A DNA stretch of 64,000 bases from an uncultured Spirochaetota bacterium (GTDB lineage Bacteria > Spirochaetota > Spirochaetia > SZUA-6 > Fen-1364). The stretch is taken from NCBI GenBank assembly GCA_963781885.1, contig CAWAHW010000002.1, positions 800,001 to 864,000 on the forward strand. Reading direction: 5' to 3'. Shown one piece after another: positions 9,443-22,372 of the stretch. How positions within the stretch are numbered: the first letter of the stretch is position 1; every line of letters starts with the position of its first letter. Both the position numbers and the translations under genes were made by a program. The notes beneath the pieces were generated by a model. It did no database searches and was not told the DNA's origin. It saw only the letters and a list, made by a program, of their open reading frames with translations.

Positions 9443-10852
9443 CTATTCCAACGCGTCGACGAGCCGGCCGAAAGCCGCGACCGCCGCGTCGTTGTCCCGG
9501 GTGGTGTGGACGCAGGAGACCATGTCCCTCCCGTTGCGCGTGAGAACGCCCTGCGCGTGCACCATCATCGAGTACTCCTCGAGGAGTCCGCGGCGGTGCA
9601 GGATTTCCTGCATCGACTCGGGGCCGACGATCGGCACCGCGTGTGCCGCCGTCATCTCGATGCGGACGATGCCGCCGAAGTTGTAGGCGAAAAAGCCGCA
9701 CCCGCGGGCGGCGAACATGCCGTTGAGCTTGTCGACGTAGTCCGAGGCGACGGCGAACATCCGCTCGATGACGCCGGGCTTTTCGAGCTCCAGGATCGTG
9801 TAATACGCGGCCGCAGCCGACAGGGTATTGCCCGGCAGCGTGCCGGCAATGTAGGCGAAAGGCTTGCCGTCGGGTATGACCCCCACGGTTGCCGTGTCGA
9901 TCACGTCCGCCCGGCCGCCGACGGCGCCGGCAGAGGGCCATCCCCCCATCAGCGCCTTGCCCAGAAGCGTGAGGTCCGGCGTCACGTTCAGCGCCGCCTG
10001 CGCCCCGCCAAGCCCCATGCGCAGACCCGTCACCACCTCGTCGAAGACGTAGAGGGCGCCGTGACGATGCGCGATGTCGATCGCGGCGGCGTGGAAGCCA
10101 TCGGCAAAAGGCACGAGGCCCGACTCCGCGCCCATCGGCTCGCAGAACACCGCGGCGATTCCCCCGTCGGCATCGTGCTCCACGAAGGCTCTCTCCAGCG
10201 CGTCCAGGTCGTTCGGCGGAACCAGGACGAGAAGATCGAGGACCTCGTCGGGCACGCCGTACGAGATGAAGCGCCCGCTGCCCGGCACCTCGAGGTCCGT
10301 GAGGAACTGGTCGCTCCAGCCGTGGTAGCCGGCGAGAAACTTGACGATGCGCTTCTTTCCGGTGTAGGACCGCGCGATTTTCGCCGCGGCGGCGGCCGCC
10401 TCCGTGCCCGAGCAGGTGAAGCGGACCCGGTCGATGCCGGGGAAATGCCGCACGATCTTCTCCGCGGCCTTCACTTCCATCTCGTCGCAGTAGCCGTGGA
10501 AATACGTCCGCTTCCCGATGACATCGAGCATGCTGCGCCGCAGTCCCTCGTGGTTGTGCCCGAGGATGAGCGGTCCGCCCGCGAGGATGTAGTCGACATA
10601 TTCGTTGCCGTCGACGTCCCAGACACGGCTCGCCTTGCCGCGCTCCATGAAGAGGGGGTAGGGGTAACTGGGTGCCCATGCGTGGCCGCACCCCCGCGGA
10701 ATCACCTTGCCCGCCTGCTCGAAGAGACGGGCGGAGCGTGTCGTGCGCGCCGTGATGTCGGCAAGCGCGGCCTTTTTCTTTTCCGGGTGGAGCCCTCGCA
10801 CGGGGCTCGACGCGATGGCCTTCGTCCGGCTGACGATATCCTGGTGCTTCAT
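9443..10852 (-). CDS. Class III PLP aminotransferase (glutamate-1-semialdehyde aminomutase-like, substrate unknown)
   Basis: WDVDGNEYVDY, RFTCSGTEA, YHGWSD, FDEVVTGLR and PLP lysine in LGKALMGG; ATG 10852 preceded by GAGGAGG. Confidence 0.82.
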   Translation of the reverse strand: MKHQDIVSRTKAIASSPVRGLHPEKKKAALADITARTTRSARLFEQAGKVIPRGCGHAWAPSYPYPLFMERGKASRVWDVDGNEYVDYILAGGPLILGHNHEGLRRSMLDVIGKRTYFHGYCDEMEVKAAEKIVRHFPGIDRVRFTCSGTEAAAAAAKIARSYTGKKRIVKFLAGYHGWSDQFLTDLEVPGSGRFISYGVPDEVLDLLVLVPPNDLDALERAFVEHDADGGIAAVFCEPMGAESGLVPFADGFHAAAIDIAHRHGALYVFDEVVTGLRMGLGGAQAALNVTPDLTLLGKALMGGWPSAGAVGGRADVIDTATVGVIPDGKPFAYIAGTLPGNTLSAAAAYYTILELEKPGVIERMFAVASDYVDKLNGMFAARGCGFFAYNFGGIVRIEMTAAHAVPIVGPESMQEILHRRGLLEEYSMMVHAQGVLTRNGRDMVSCVHTTRDNDAAVAAFGRLVDALE

Positions 10853-10923
10853 GAGGCCTCCTCGTGACGACCCCGGAGTATAGGGAAGCCGCTCGGGTCT
10901 TTCCAGAGCACGGGCGGGCGCAG

Positions 10924-10952
10924 TTGAAGGCATGCACGGCGGAGGCTACACT
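10924..10952 (+). promoter_or_regulatory. Sigma70-type promoter of the PfkB-HAD gene
   Basis: TTGAAG-17 nt-TACACT, 8 nt before ATG 10961. Confidence 0.45.
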
Positions 10953-10960
10953 GCGCAGAA

Positions 10961-12862
10961 ATGGATGCCACCGGGCTCGAACGGCTTCTCTCCGACATCC
11001 GGCGCGCGCGCATCGGCGTGATCGGGGACTTCTGCCTCGATGGCTACTGGACCATCGATACATCGCTCTCTGAAATCTCCGTGGAGACGGGCCGGGCCAC
11101 CCGGTCGGTGCGCCGGCAGCGCTACTCCCTGGGCGGGGCAGGGAATGTCGTGGCGAATCTTGCCGCGCTGGGTGTCGCGCGTATCGCGGCTCTCGGCGTC
11201 ATCGGGCCCGATCCTTTCGGCCGCGAGGTGCTGCGCATACTTGGGGAATGGGGCGCGGACATGAGCGGCATGCTCGTCCAGGACGACGGCTGGGACACGC
11301 CGGTGTATCTCAAGCCCATGGAGGGCGATGTCGAGCAGGGCCGTATCGATTTCGGCAATGCCAACTGTGCTCTGGCCTGAAATCGGCGCCCGGCTTGTTG
11401 CGATGGCGGCCACCGCCCTCACGGAGCTCGACGTCGCTGATCGTCAACCAGCAGCTCCTGCACGGCATCCACACGGAAGCCGTGCGCGCGGGTCTTGCCG
11501 CCGTCATCCGCGGGGCGCACATCCCCGTGGTCTGCGACAGCAGGACCTGGAGCGACAGCTACGACGGGGCGCTGCGCAAGCTGAACGGCCGGGAGGCGCT
11601 CCGGCTGTGCGGCGCACAGGGGGAGGCCGGGGACACCATCGGGCTTGCCGATGCCGAACGCGCGGCTGACGCCCTCTACGCCCGCTGGCAGAAGCCTCTT
11701 TTCCTCACGCGCGGCGAGCAGGGCATCCTCGTACGCGACGAGCGCGGCGCGCATGGCGTGCCCGGGCTCCAGGTACTCGGCCGGACGGACACCGTGGGCG
11801 CAGGGGACAGCGCGCTCGCCGGCATCGCCGCGGCGCTCGCCGCGGGCAGCCGACCCGGTCACCGCCGCGACGCTGGGCAACTTCGTGGCCGGCGTGACGG
11901 TGCAGAAGCTCTTCGTCACGGGCACCGCGACACCGGAGGAGGTCCTGGCGATCGGCCGGGAACCGGACTACGTCTTCAACCCCGAGCTTGCCGACGACCC
12001 GCGCGCGGCGCGCTTTCTCCCCGGCGCGGACATCGAGGTCGTGAGCGCACCGCCGCGCGCCCGGTTCCTGCACGCGATATTCGACAACGACGGCACCATC
12101 TCCACGCTGCGCGAGGGGTGGGAAGGAATCATGGCGCCCGTCATGATCCGCGCCATCCTCGGCAGCGACTGGAAGACCGCGAACCGGGGTCTTTACGACC
12201 AGGTGAGCGGGCGCGTGTATGCCTACATCGACAGGACCACCGGCGTGCAGACACTCGTGCAGATGCACGGACTCGTGGAGATGGTAAAGGAGTTCGGCAT
12301 CGTTCCTGCATCGGACGTGAAGGACGCCGCGGGCTACAAGGAGCAGTACAACACGGAGCTCCTGGCCCTCGTCGCGGGGCGCATCGCGAAGCTTGCAGCC
12401 GGGGAGCTGTGCGTGGACGACCTCACCGTCAAGGGCGCCCTGCCATTCCTGCGCGCGCTGGCCGCGGCGGGCGTCACGCTGCACCTCGCAAGCGGCTCAG
12501 ACGAACCTGACGTGATCGCCGAGGCGCGCGCCCTGGGCTATGTCGATCTTTTCAAGGGGCACATCCGCGGGGCCGTGGGCGACGTGAAGGTCGAGGCGAA
12601 GAAAATCGTATTGGAGAAGATCCTTGCGGAAGCCGGGAGCGCGGGCCGCGGCGCATTCGTCACGTTTGGCGATGGCCCGCTGGAAATGAGAGAAACGGGG
12701 CGGCGCGGAGGCTTCACCGTGGGCGTGGCAAGCGACGAGCTGCGCAGGTTCGGGTGGAACATGAGGAAGCGCGCGCGGCTGATCCGCGCCGGGGCGGACC
12801 TGGTCGTGCCGGATTTTTCCCAGTGGCAGGCCCTGATCGGCGTGCTGGGGATGGGACAATGA
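10961..12862 (+). CDS. PfkB/RfaE-like sugar kinase fused to a C-terminal HAD hydrolase (three apparent +1 indels near 11365, 11436 and 11850)
   Basis: N-terminal GVIGDFCLDGYW...SLGGAGNVVANLAALG; PfkB signature DTVGAGDSA in the middle frame; HAD motifs FDNDGTISTLR, LASG and FGDGP in the last frame, which equals the first frame. Confidence 0.72.
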
Positions 12863-13961
12863 GCTTTCCACTTTTCGACAGGAAGCGGCTTGTCTTCAGG
12901 CCCCTTTCGGAGCGCGCCAACAAGGTGCGCTTCCCGGAGAATGCCATTTCACCCGACGCCGTGCCCGCCGCGCTCTCAGTGAAAGCCGCGCAGACGCTCG
13001 CCGACACCGTGGAGAAGATCAGGAGTGCCCGTGCCGGGGGAAGACCCGTGATCTGCGCGTTCGGCGCGCACACGATCAAGAACGGATTGGGCCCCGTTCT
13101 CATCCGGCTGATCGAAGACGGGTGGATCACGCACCTGGCCACAAATGGCGCCGGTATCATCCACGACTGGGAGCTCGCCTTCCAGGGACGCACGAGCGAA
13201 GACGTGCGGGTGAATGTCGCGCGCGGCGAGTTCGGGATCTGGGAGGAAACGGGCCGGTACATCAACCTTGCGCTGCTTGTCGGCGCCGCGGAGGCAAAAG
13301 GATACGGCCAATCCATCGGCGCGCTGATCGCGACGCAGGGCCTCGACATACCGTCCCGTGCAGAGCTGCACCGGCAGGCCGCCGCGCTTCTGGACGCCGA
13401 TCCTGAAAGGGCGGCCGCTGCCGCGGACCTCCTTGCAGCGGTGCAGGATTTCGACATCCCGGCGGCCGGCTGGAGGTGCCGCATCCCTTCCGCGCGTCGA
13501 GCCCGCAGGCCGCGGCATACGCGCGGGGCGTGCCATTCACCGGCCACCCGATGATCGGCCACGACATCATTTACACGCATCCGCTCAACAGCGGCGCCGC
13601 CGTCGGCCGAACGGCGCTGCGGGATTTCCTCCTGTACGCCGAGGCGGTGAGCAGGATCGAGGGCGGGGTCTACCTTTCCGTGGGCTCGGCCGTCATGTCG
13701 CCCATGATATTCGAAAAATCCCTCTCCATGGCCCAGAACATCGCGCGCCAGGAGGGGAGGTCCATCACCACTCACTACATCCTGGTCGTCGATCTTGCCG
13801 AATCCGCCTGGGATTGGAAGAGGGACGGGGAGCCGCCGGCCGACAATCCCGCCTATTACCTGCGTTACGCCAAGAGCTTTGCGCGCATGGGCGGGACGCT
13901 GGCTTTCCTCCCGGCGGACAACAGGGATTTCTTTCTCTCGCTCCTGCACGCGCTGGCGTGA
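12859..13961 (+). CDS. Conserved hypothetical protein, deoxyhypusine-synthase-like fold (one base missing at about 13460)
   Basis: FGAHTIKNGLGP, HLATNGAGIIHDWE..FQG.TSEDV and LSVGSAVMSPMIFEKSLSMA resemble DHS-like NAD-binding proteins. The ATG overlaps the previous stop; adding one C in the run at 13458-13460 joins the two ORF halves. Confidence 0.55.
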
Positions 13962-14051
13962 CGGGCGGGCGCGCCGGGTCAGCAGTTCTGATATGATGTG
14001 CCCCCGTCAAGCTCTAAAAGCCTCCTTTTTTCTTTAGAACTCCTTCTGAAC

Positions 14052-14256
14052 ATCGAGGCCAACCCGAAGAGATGGAGAAGGGCATAACCGACGATCGACC
14101 AGTCTGATATGCGTGGATTGGTTACCGCAGGCCAATGTGATCGTCAGGAGCTTGCCTCCGTCTCATTACCAGGATCAGACCATAGTCTGCCTGCAGAACC
14201 GCTCGAGGATTCTCCGTTCGCCACGAACCTTCCCCATCCGTCCCGGTTGCCTCGAT
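14052..14256 (-). ncRNA. Predicted bridge/seek RNA of the IS element
   Basis: An imperfect closing stem of about 30 bp (14052-14081 with 14228-14256) encloses two stem-internal loop-stem modules. The loop strands match the target (AATGAGA; AGCGGTTCT) and the circle junction (CATATCAGAC). Confidence 0.8.
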
Positions 14257-14272
14257 TGCATACGCAGCCTCC

Positions 14273-15367
14273 TCAAGCCACCCGATCAACCATCGCGCCC
14301 CACAGGAACCCCGAGAGCTCTCGCGCCACCGCCGTCACCACGGTCTGAGAAGCTTTGCCGCGAAAAAGCAGACGCAGAAATTTCTTGTTTAGCCGCCTGC
14401 ACGCACGGTTGGCATAGCTGACCAAGGATGGAGAAAGACCCTCGCGTCGTTTCATCAACCGAGTGCTACTGGGATGGTAGCTGCGGTATTGCCAGGCGGC
14501 CTCCACCAGAAGTTTGCGCAGGTGGGAATTACCCGCCTTTGTGATTCCTCCCAAGCGCCTCTTGTTTCCGCTGGATCGCTCGGAGGGCACCAACCCCAAA
14601 AACGCCATGAATTGATCCGCACCTGCAAAGCGCCGAAAGTCCCCGATCTCCGAAACAAGCGACAAGGCGATCAGCGTCTCCACGCCCTTGAACGCCTTCA
14701 GCTTGGCTACAGGTTCGGCATAGCTTTTACGTGCCGCGATCTCTTCGATGCCCGCCTTGATCCGCCGACACTTCTCCTCCAGCTCGTCGACTTGGCAGCG
14801 GTACTCGGTGAGAGTCAACTGCTCCAGCGGATCCTCCAACTCAAGAGCCTGCAACCATGCTCGATGCGGCTGCGTCCATGTGGCTCCTTGTTCATAACGT
14901 ATCCGCCTCCGCAGAAGAAAACCCAGCACGCGCTGCTTGGCCTTGCGCAGATCGGACTTCATGTCCTCCAGCATTCGTAGATAGTCGCGAACCGCTTCGT
15001 CTTCCCGCGTGGGTACATGAACGGCACTCACATCCCCGCTCCGAAGTGCGCGAGCAAGCATCACAGCGTCCCTTCTATCGGTCTTTATGCGATCTCCCGG
15101 ACGATGTGGAATCTGAGACGGAGCCAGCACCGCACACGGCACACCCAGTTCCGTCAATTGTCGATACAGGGAATACCCTAGACATCCCGCCTCGTAGCAT
15201 GTCACCAGGTCCCCCGCGGACTGGAGCTTCTTGAAATAGGCCTGGATTACGCTCTTTTCATTGCGAATCACCGTCTCGGCCCTCGGCTTCTGATCGCGCC
15301 CGCTCAGGATCGCTATGGCGATCTTTTCTTTGTCGACGTCCATGCCAACGTAATGTACAATACCCAT
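14273..15367 (-). CDS. IS110-family DEDD recombinase/transposase (364 aa)
   Basis: RuvC-like DEDD residues in YVGMDV, CYEAG and KTDRRDA; C-terminal EIGDFRRF...AFLGLVPSERSSG...GITKAGNSHLRKLLVEAAW with the conserved serine; the ORF is intact. Confidence 0.95.
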   Translation of the reverse strand: MGIVHYVGMDVDKEKIAIAILSGRDQKPRAETVIRNEKSVIQAYFKKLQSAGDLVTCYEAGCLGYSLYRQLTELGVPCAVLAPSQIPHRPGDRIKTDRRDAVMLARALRSGDVSAVHVPTREDEAVRDYLRMLEDMKSDLRKAKQRVLGFLLRRRIRYEQGATWTQPHRAWLQALELEDPLEQLTLTEYRCQVDELEEKCRRIKAGIEEIAARKSYAEPVAKLKAFKGVETLIALSLVSEIGDFRRFAGADQFMAFLGLVPSERSSGNKRRLGGITKAGNSHLRKLLVEAAWQYRSYHPSSTRLMKRREGLSPSLVSYANRACRRLNKKFLRLLFRGKASQTVVTAVARELSGFLWGAMVDRVA

Positions 15368-15594
15368 GACTGCCCCCTTGTGCGTTGTTTGTGGCGTGCC
15401 GCATCGAGACGCCAATCTCATGATACGGCCGATCCACGTTGTAGCAACCACCTGGGGGCACTTCATATTGTCTCATTTTGGACCTTTCTGAGGTCTGGAA
15501 CGTATGCAGACTTGGAAAACGGCCTTTCATTAAGGGACAAAATGAGAACTGCATCATTCAGTCACCATACTGAGAATTGCTGGCGCCGGGTTTC

Positions 15595-15623
15595 TTGTCA
15601 CAACCGGCGATTTGCGATAGTAT
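15595..15623 (+). promoter_or_regulatory. Sigma70-type promoter of nifJ
   Basis: TTGTCA-17 nt-TAGTAT upstream of ATG 15670. Confidence 0.5.
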
Positions 15624-15669
15624 CCCTGTCAAAGTCCTCAACACCCTTTCACGAAAGAAGGTTTCACAT

Positions 15670-19241
<3,572 letters not shown>

Positions 19242-19245
<4 letters not shown>

Positions 19246-20714
19246 CGTCCGCCCCCGGGCGCGGCGCGGAGTCCGGCGATACGCCCGACCACGCGCGCGC
19301 CCTGCCTTCCTGGTACGACGATGCGAAGCTCGGCATCATTGTCCACTGGGGTCCGTACTCGGTGCCCGCGTGGGCCCCGGCGATCGGGGAGATGCCGCGG
19401 GTCGTCGCCGAGCAGGGCTGGGACTACTGGTTTTCCCACAATTCCTACGCCGAATGGTACGCGAACAGCATGGCCGTTCCCGGCAGTCCCACCCAGGCGC
19501 ATCACCGCGCCTCCTGGCACCGGCTCACGCGCTACGACACGTTCGGGCGCACCTTTCGTCAGGGTCTGAAGGAATGGGATCCGGCGCCGCTGCTCGACGC
19601 CCTTGCCGCAAGCGGCGCCCGCTACGCGATCCTCGCGGCAAAGCACCACGACGGCTTCCTGCTCTGGAACGCGCGCAGCCGGCATCCCCGCAAGCGCGGC
19701 TGGCAGGTGACACGCGACCTCATCGGTGAGATCGCCTCTGGCGTGCGGGCCCGCGGCCTCCGCTTCGGCCTGTACTACTCCAGCGGCCTCGACTGGACGT
19801 TCCGCGGCGCGACGATCAGGAGCCACGAGGACCTGGCCGCGGCCATGCCGCGGACGCGCGCCTACGCCGGCTACGTGAACGCTCACTGGCGCGAGCTCAT
19901 TGCCCGCTACGAGCCTTCGATCCTGTGGAACGATCGCGGGTGTCCTCCCGGCCTGGACGTGCGCGGTCTTTTCTCCACCTACTACGCGGCGGTGCCCGAT
20001 GGCGTCGTCAACGACCGGTTCGGACAGACGGATTTCGCCGACGCGGGTGGATTCGTGCAGCGCACGGTGCGCGCCGCGCTGCGCGCATTTCGCGGCGGCC
20101 GCACGCCTGCCCGCGCAAAGGCGGGCTTGCAGCAGGGACATGCCGATTTTACCACCGCCGAGTACGAGCTCGCGCCCGGCGATGGCACCACCAAGTGGGA
20201 GCACGTGCGCGCCCTCGGGCGCTCGTTTGCTCTCAACACGGAAGAGACCGACGAGCACATGCTGTCCACGACGTCGCTCGTGAGGCTGCTGGTCCAGGTC
20301 GTCTCGGAGGGCGGGAACCTGCTCCTCGGCGTCGGCCCGAACGCGGACGGCTCGCTGGGCGAGCTGCAGAGAACGCGCCTCGAGGGCCTCGGGAAGTGGC
20401 TTTCCCAGAACGGCGTGGCGATTTACGGCTCGCGACCATGGGGGCCCGGGGAAAGCGCCACGGAGGACGGCATCGAGCTGCGGTTCACGACCCGCGGCAT
20501 GACCACCTACGCCATACTCCTGGGCACGCCCGCCGGACGCACGATCGTTCTCCCGTCCCTGCGGCTGCTACCCTACGCGGGTCTTCGCATCATCGGCTCG
20601 ATCGGCTACGTGGCATGGTTCCAGGAAGGAAAGGACGTGCACATCCGGCTCACGGAGCCGCTGCGGGAATCCCCCGCCCACGTCATCAGCATCACGCCCC
20701 CGCCGCGCTCCTGA
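19242..20714 (+). CDS. Alpha-L-fucosidase (GH29)
   Basis: WYDDAKLGIIVHWG, KHHDGFLLW, GLYYS, nucleophile motif LWND, VVNDRF and GGNLLLGVGP. Confidence 0.85.
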
Positions 20715-20772
20715 GCGCGGGCCGCACGCGCTTCGCCGCGCCCGGCGCCGCCGCAGAGGACCGCCGCGGCCG

Positions 20773-22203
20773 CTACAGGGCAAGACCGCGAAATGTCCCC
20801 CCCATCTCCGCGCATGCCTTCATGAAGAGACGAAAAAGCTCGTCGTAGGCGTCGCGCGTGCGCTCATTCGGCATGAACACCTTCTGGAAGCGCACGAGGT
20901 GGTCGGCCGCGTGCGCCGGACTGTCGAACTCCTCCAGGCCGAAAAAGCCGACGCAGGCATTGCCGACCAGGTCGGCCTCTTCCTGCTCGGGCAGCAGGAC
21001 CTTCTTGCCCGTGACGTCGGCCCGGGCCTGGCACCAGCGGGGAAATCGCGCGAGGCCTCCAGTGACGCGCAGGTCCGCGATCTGGCAGCCGGCGTCCTCC
21101 ATCAGCGCGATGACCGACCGCACGGCGAAACCGCTTGATTCGAGCACCGCGCGCATCATCTCGCGCCTGCCGTGCTCGATCGTGAGCCCGAGGAACGCGC
21201 CCCGCATGTGGGGGTCCCAGATGGGGAAGGGCTCGGGCGTGAGAAAGGGCAGGAAGAGGAGCCGACCTGCGCCCGGCGCGACCGCGGCCGTCTCTTCCAG
21301 GATTTCTTCCATGCCCTCCGCGGGCGCCCCGAAGGTGCGCACCGCCCAGTCGAGCGCCGAGCCCGACGAGGAGATGATTGCGGAGATGTTGTAGGCGCCT
21401 CGTACGACGTGCGGGAAGCAGAGCAGGCGCTTGTCCTTGACGGGCGCCGACCAGCAGAGATTCACGCCTTCGGAGGTGCCGGCGCGGTCGCAGACGCGGC
21501 CCGGCTGCGTGCTTGCCGCGCCAATGATGGACATGATGTAGTCGGGCCCGCCGGCGATCACCGGGAGCCCTGCCGGCACGCCGAGTGTTTCCTCCGCTTC
21601 GGCACGCACGGTTCCCAGCAGGTCCCCGATCTCCACGAGCGGCGGAAACTTGTCCTGGTCCATCCGCAGGTGCGGGATGGCGGCCTCGTTCCAGAAGAAG
21701 TCCTTGAACACCTGCGTCGGCACGACACGCACCGCGTTGCCCGTGAGGAAATACGAGACATACTCCGCGCAGGGCAGGAAATGCCGCGTGCGCTCGTAGA
21801 TGTCCGGCTTGTGGCGCATGATCCAGAACGCCTTGGGAAGGTAGAAGGAGGCGTCCAGCGGGGTGTCGGAAAACTCCGCCACGATATCGGCCTCTTCCTG
21901 CGCCCGCCGATCCATCCACGTCATGGCGAAGTCCAGCGGCTCGCCGTCGCGGTCCACCGGCACGAGGGTCGGCCCGTTCGCGCTCACGACGACGCCGCGG
22001 ATGCGACCGAGCTCCCGCAGCCGCAGCTGCGCCGTGGTCATGGCGATTCCGGACAGCCACGTATTCGCGTCGCATTCGCGGCGCGCGGGATCGTTCGTCT
22101 CCACCATGCGGATCGGGATGCGCGCGCTGGCCAGGATCTTGCCGTCGATGCTCACCACAGCCGCCTTCAAGTACGTCGTGCCGATGTCGTAGGCGAGGAT
22201 CAT
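20773..22203 (-). CDS. FGGY-family carbohydrate kinase (xylulokinase-like)
   Basis: LAYDIGTT, WMDRRA, GGPD, GTS, RGAFLGL, RAVLES and VTGG. Confidence 0.85.
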   Translation of the reverse strand: MILAYDIGTTYLKAAVVSIDGKILASARIPIRMVETNDPARRECDANTWLSGIAMTTAQLRLRELGRIRGVVVSANGPTLVPVDRDGEPLDFAMTWMDRRAQEEADIVAEFSDTPLDASFYLPKAFWIMRHKPDIYERTRHFLPCAEYVSYFLTGNAVRVVPTQVFKDFFWNEAAIPHLRMDQDKFPPLVEIGDLLGTVRAEAEETLGVPAGLPVIAGGPDYIMSIIGAASTQPGRVCDRAGTSEGVNLCWSAPVKDKRLLCFPHVVRGAYNISAIISSSGSALDWAVRTFGAPAEGMEEILEETAAVAPGAGRLLFLPFLTPEPFPIWDPHMRGAFLGLTIEHGRREMMRAVLESSGFAVRSVIALMEDAGCQIADLRVTGGLARFPRWCQARADVTGKKVLLPEQEEADLVGNACVGFFGLEEFDSPAHAADHLVRFQKVFMPNERTRDAYDELFRLFMKACAEMGGTFRGLAL

Positions 22204-22333
22204 GGTTGCCCAGCATAACACAAGCGGCGGGGCTCATCCATGGCGCGGGGCGCCGCACGGCCCGCAGGCGCCGGGTTCGGCCGGCGAGGCGCCACGGGCC
22301 GCCGGCGCCGGCGGCAGGGCACCCTGCCGTGAC

Positions 22334-22361
22334 TTGACTTTCGACCGATTTATCGCATTCT
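22334..22361 (+). promoter_or_regulatory. Putative promoter upstream of the FMN riboswitch
   Basis: TTGACT-16 nt-CATTCT just before the aptamer. Confidence 0.4.
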
Positions 22362-22372
22362 TATATCCATAC

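Larger units (their letters stand above)
13990..15473 (-). mobile_element. Complete IS110-family element, IS1111 type (1484 bp)
   Basis: Subterminal inverted repeats ATGATGTGCCCCC (13993-14005) and GGGGGCACTTCAT (15454-15466) lie 3 and 7 nt from the ends, as in IS1111-type elements. Core TCT occurs at both junctions (13987-13989, 15471-15473), and the long non-coding region is downstream of the transposase. Confidence 0.9.
13971..15591. mobile_element. MITE-like element (119 bp once the IS is removed; 13980-13989 plus 15474-15582) with a 9-bp target-site duplication
   Basis: GCGCCGGGT direct repeat at 13971-13979 and 15583-15591. Reconstructed terminal inverted repeats CAGCAGTTCTCA / TGAGAATTGCTG match 11/12, and an internal inverted copy CAAAATGAGAACTGC lies at 15538-15552. 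Confidence 0.75.

Noticed and set aside
9443-10852. Calling the aminotransferase hemL
   Set aside because: It lacks the PGGVNSPVRA motif and has no tetrapyrrole genes nearby.
7539-11063. 1174-aa minus-strand ORF
   Set aside because: Arg/Gly/Pro-rich alternative-frame ORF overlapping three well-supported genes; expected in high-GC DNA.
14177-14189. TATGGTCT (minus strand) as the second donor guide
   Set aside because: It matches the donor 7/8 but is buried in the CAGAC/GTCTG hairpin of the target module; the positionally equivalent loop strand ACATTGGCC is the better, though weak, candidate.
15368-15466. Extended transposase start at 15466
   Set aside because: That ATG lies in the inverted repeat; family homology starts at MGIVHYVGMD (15367), which has a purine-rich ribosome-binding site.
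15577-15669. N-terminal extension of nifJ in the ORF track
   Set aside because: It begins inside the MITE end and spans the predicted promoter; homology starts at MARKMVTIDGN.
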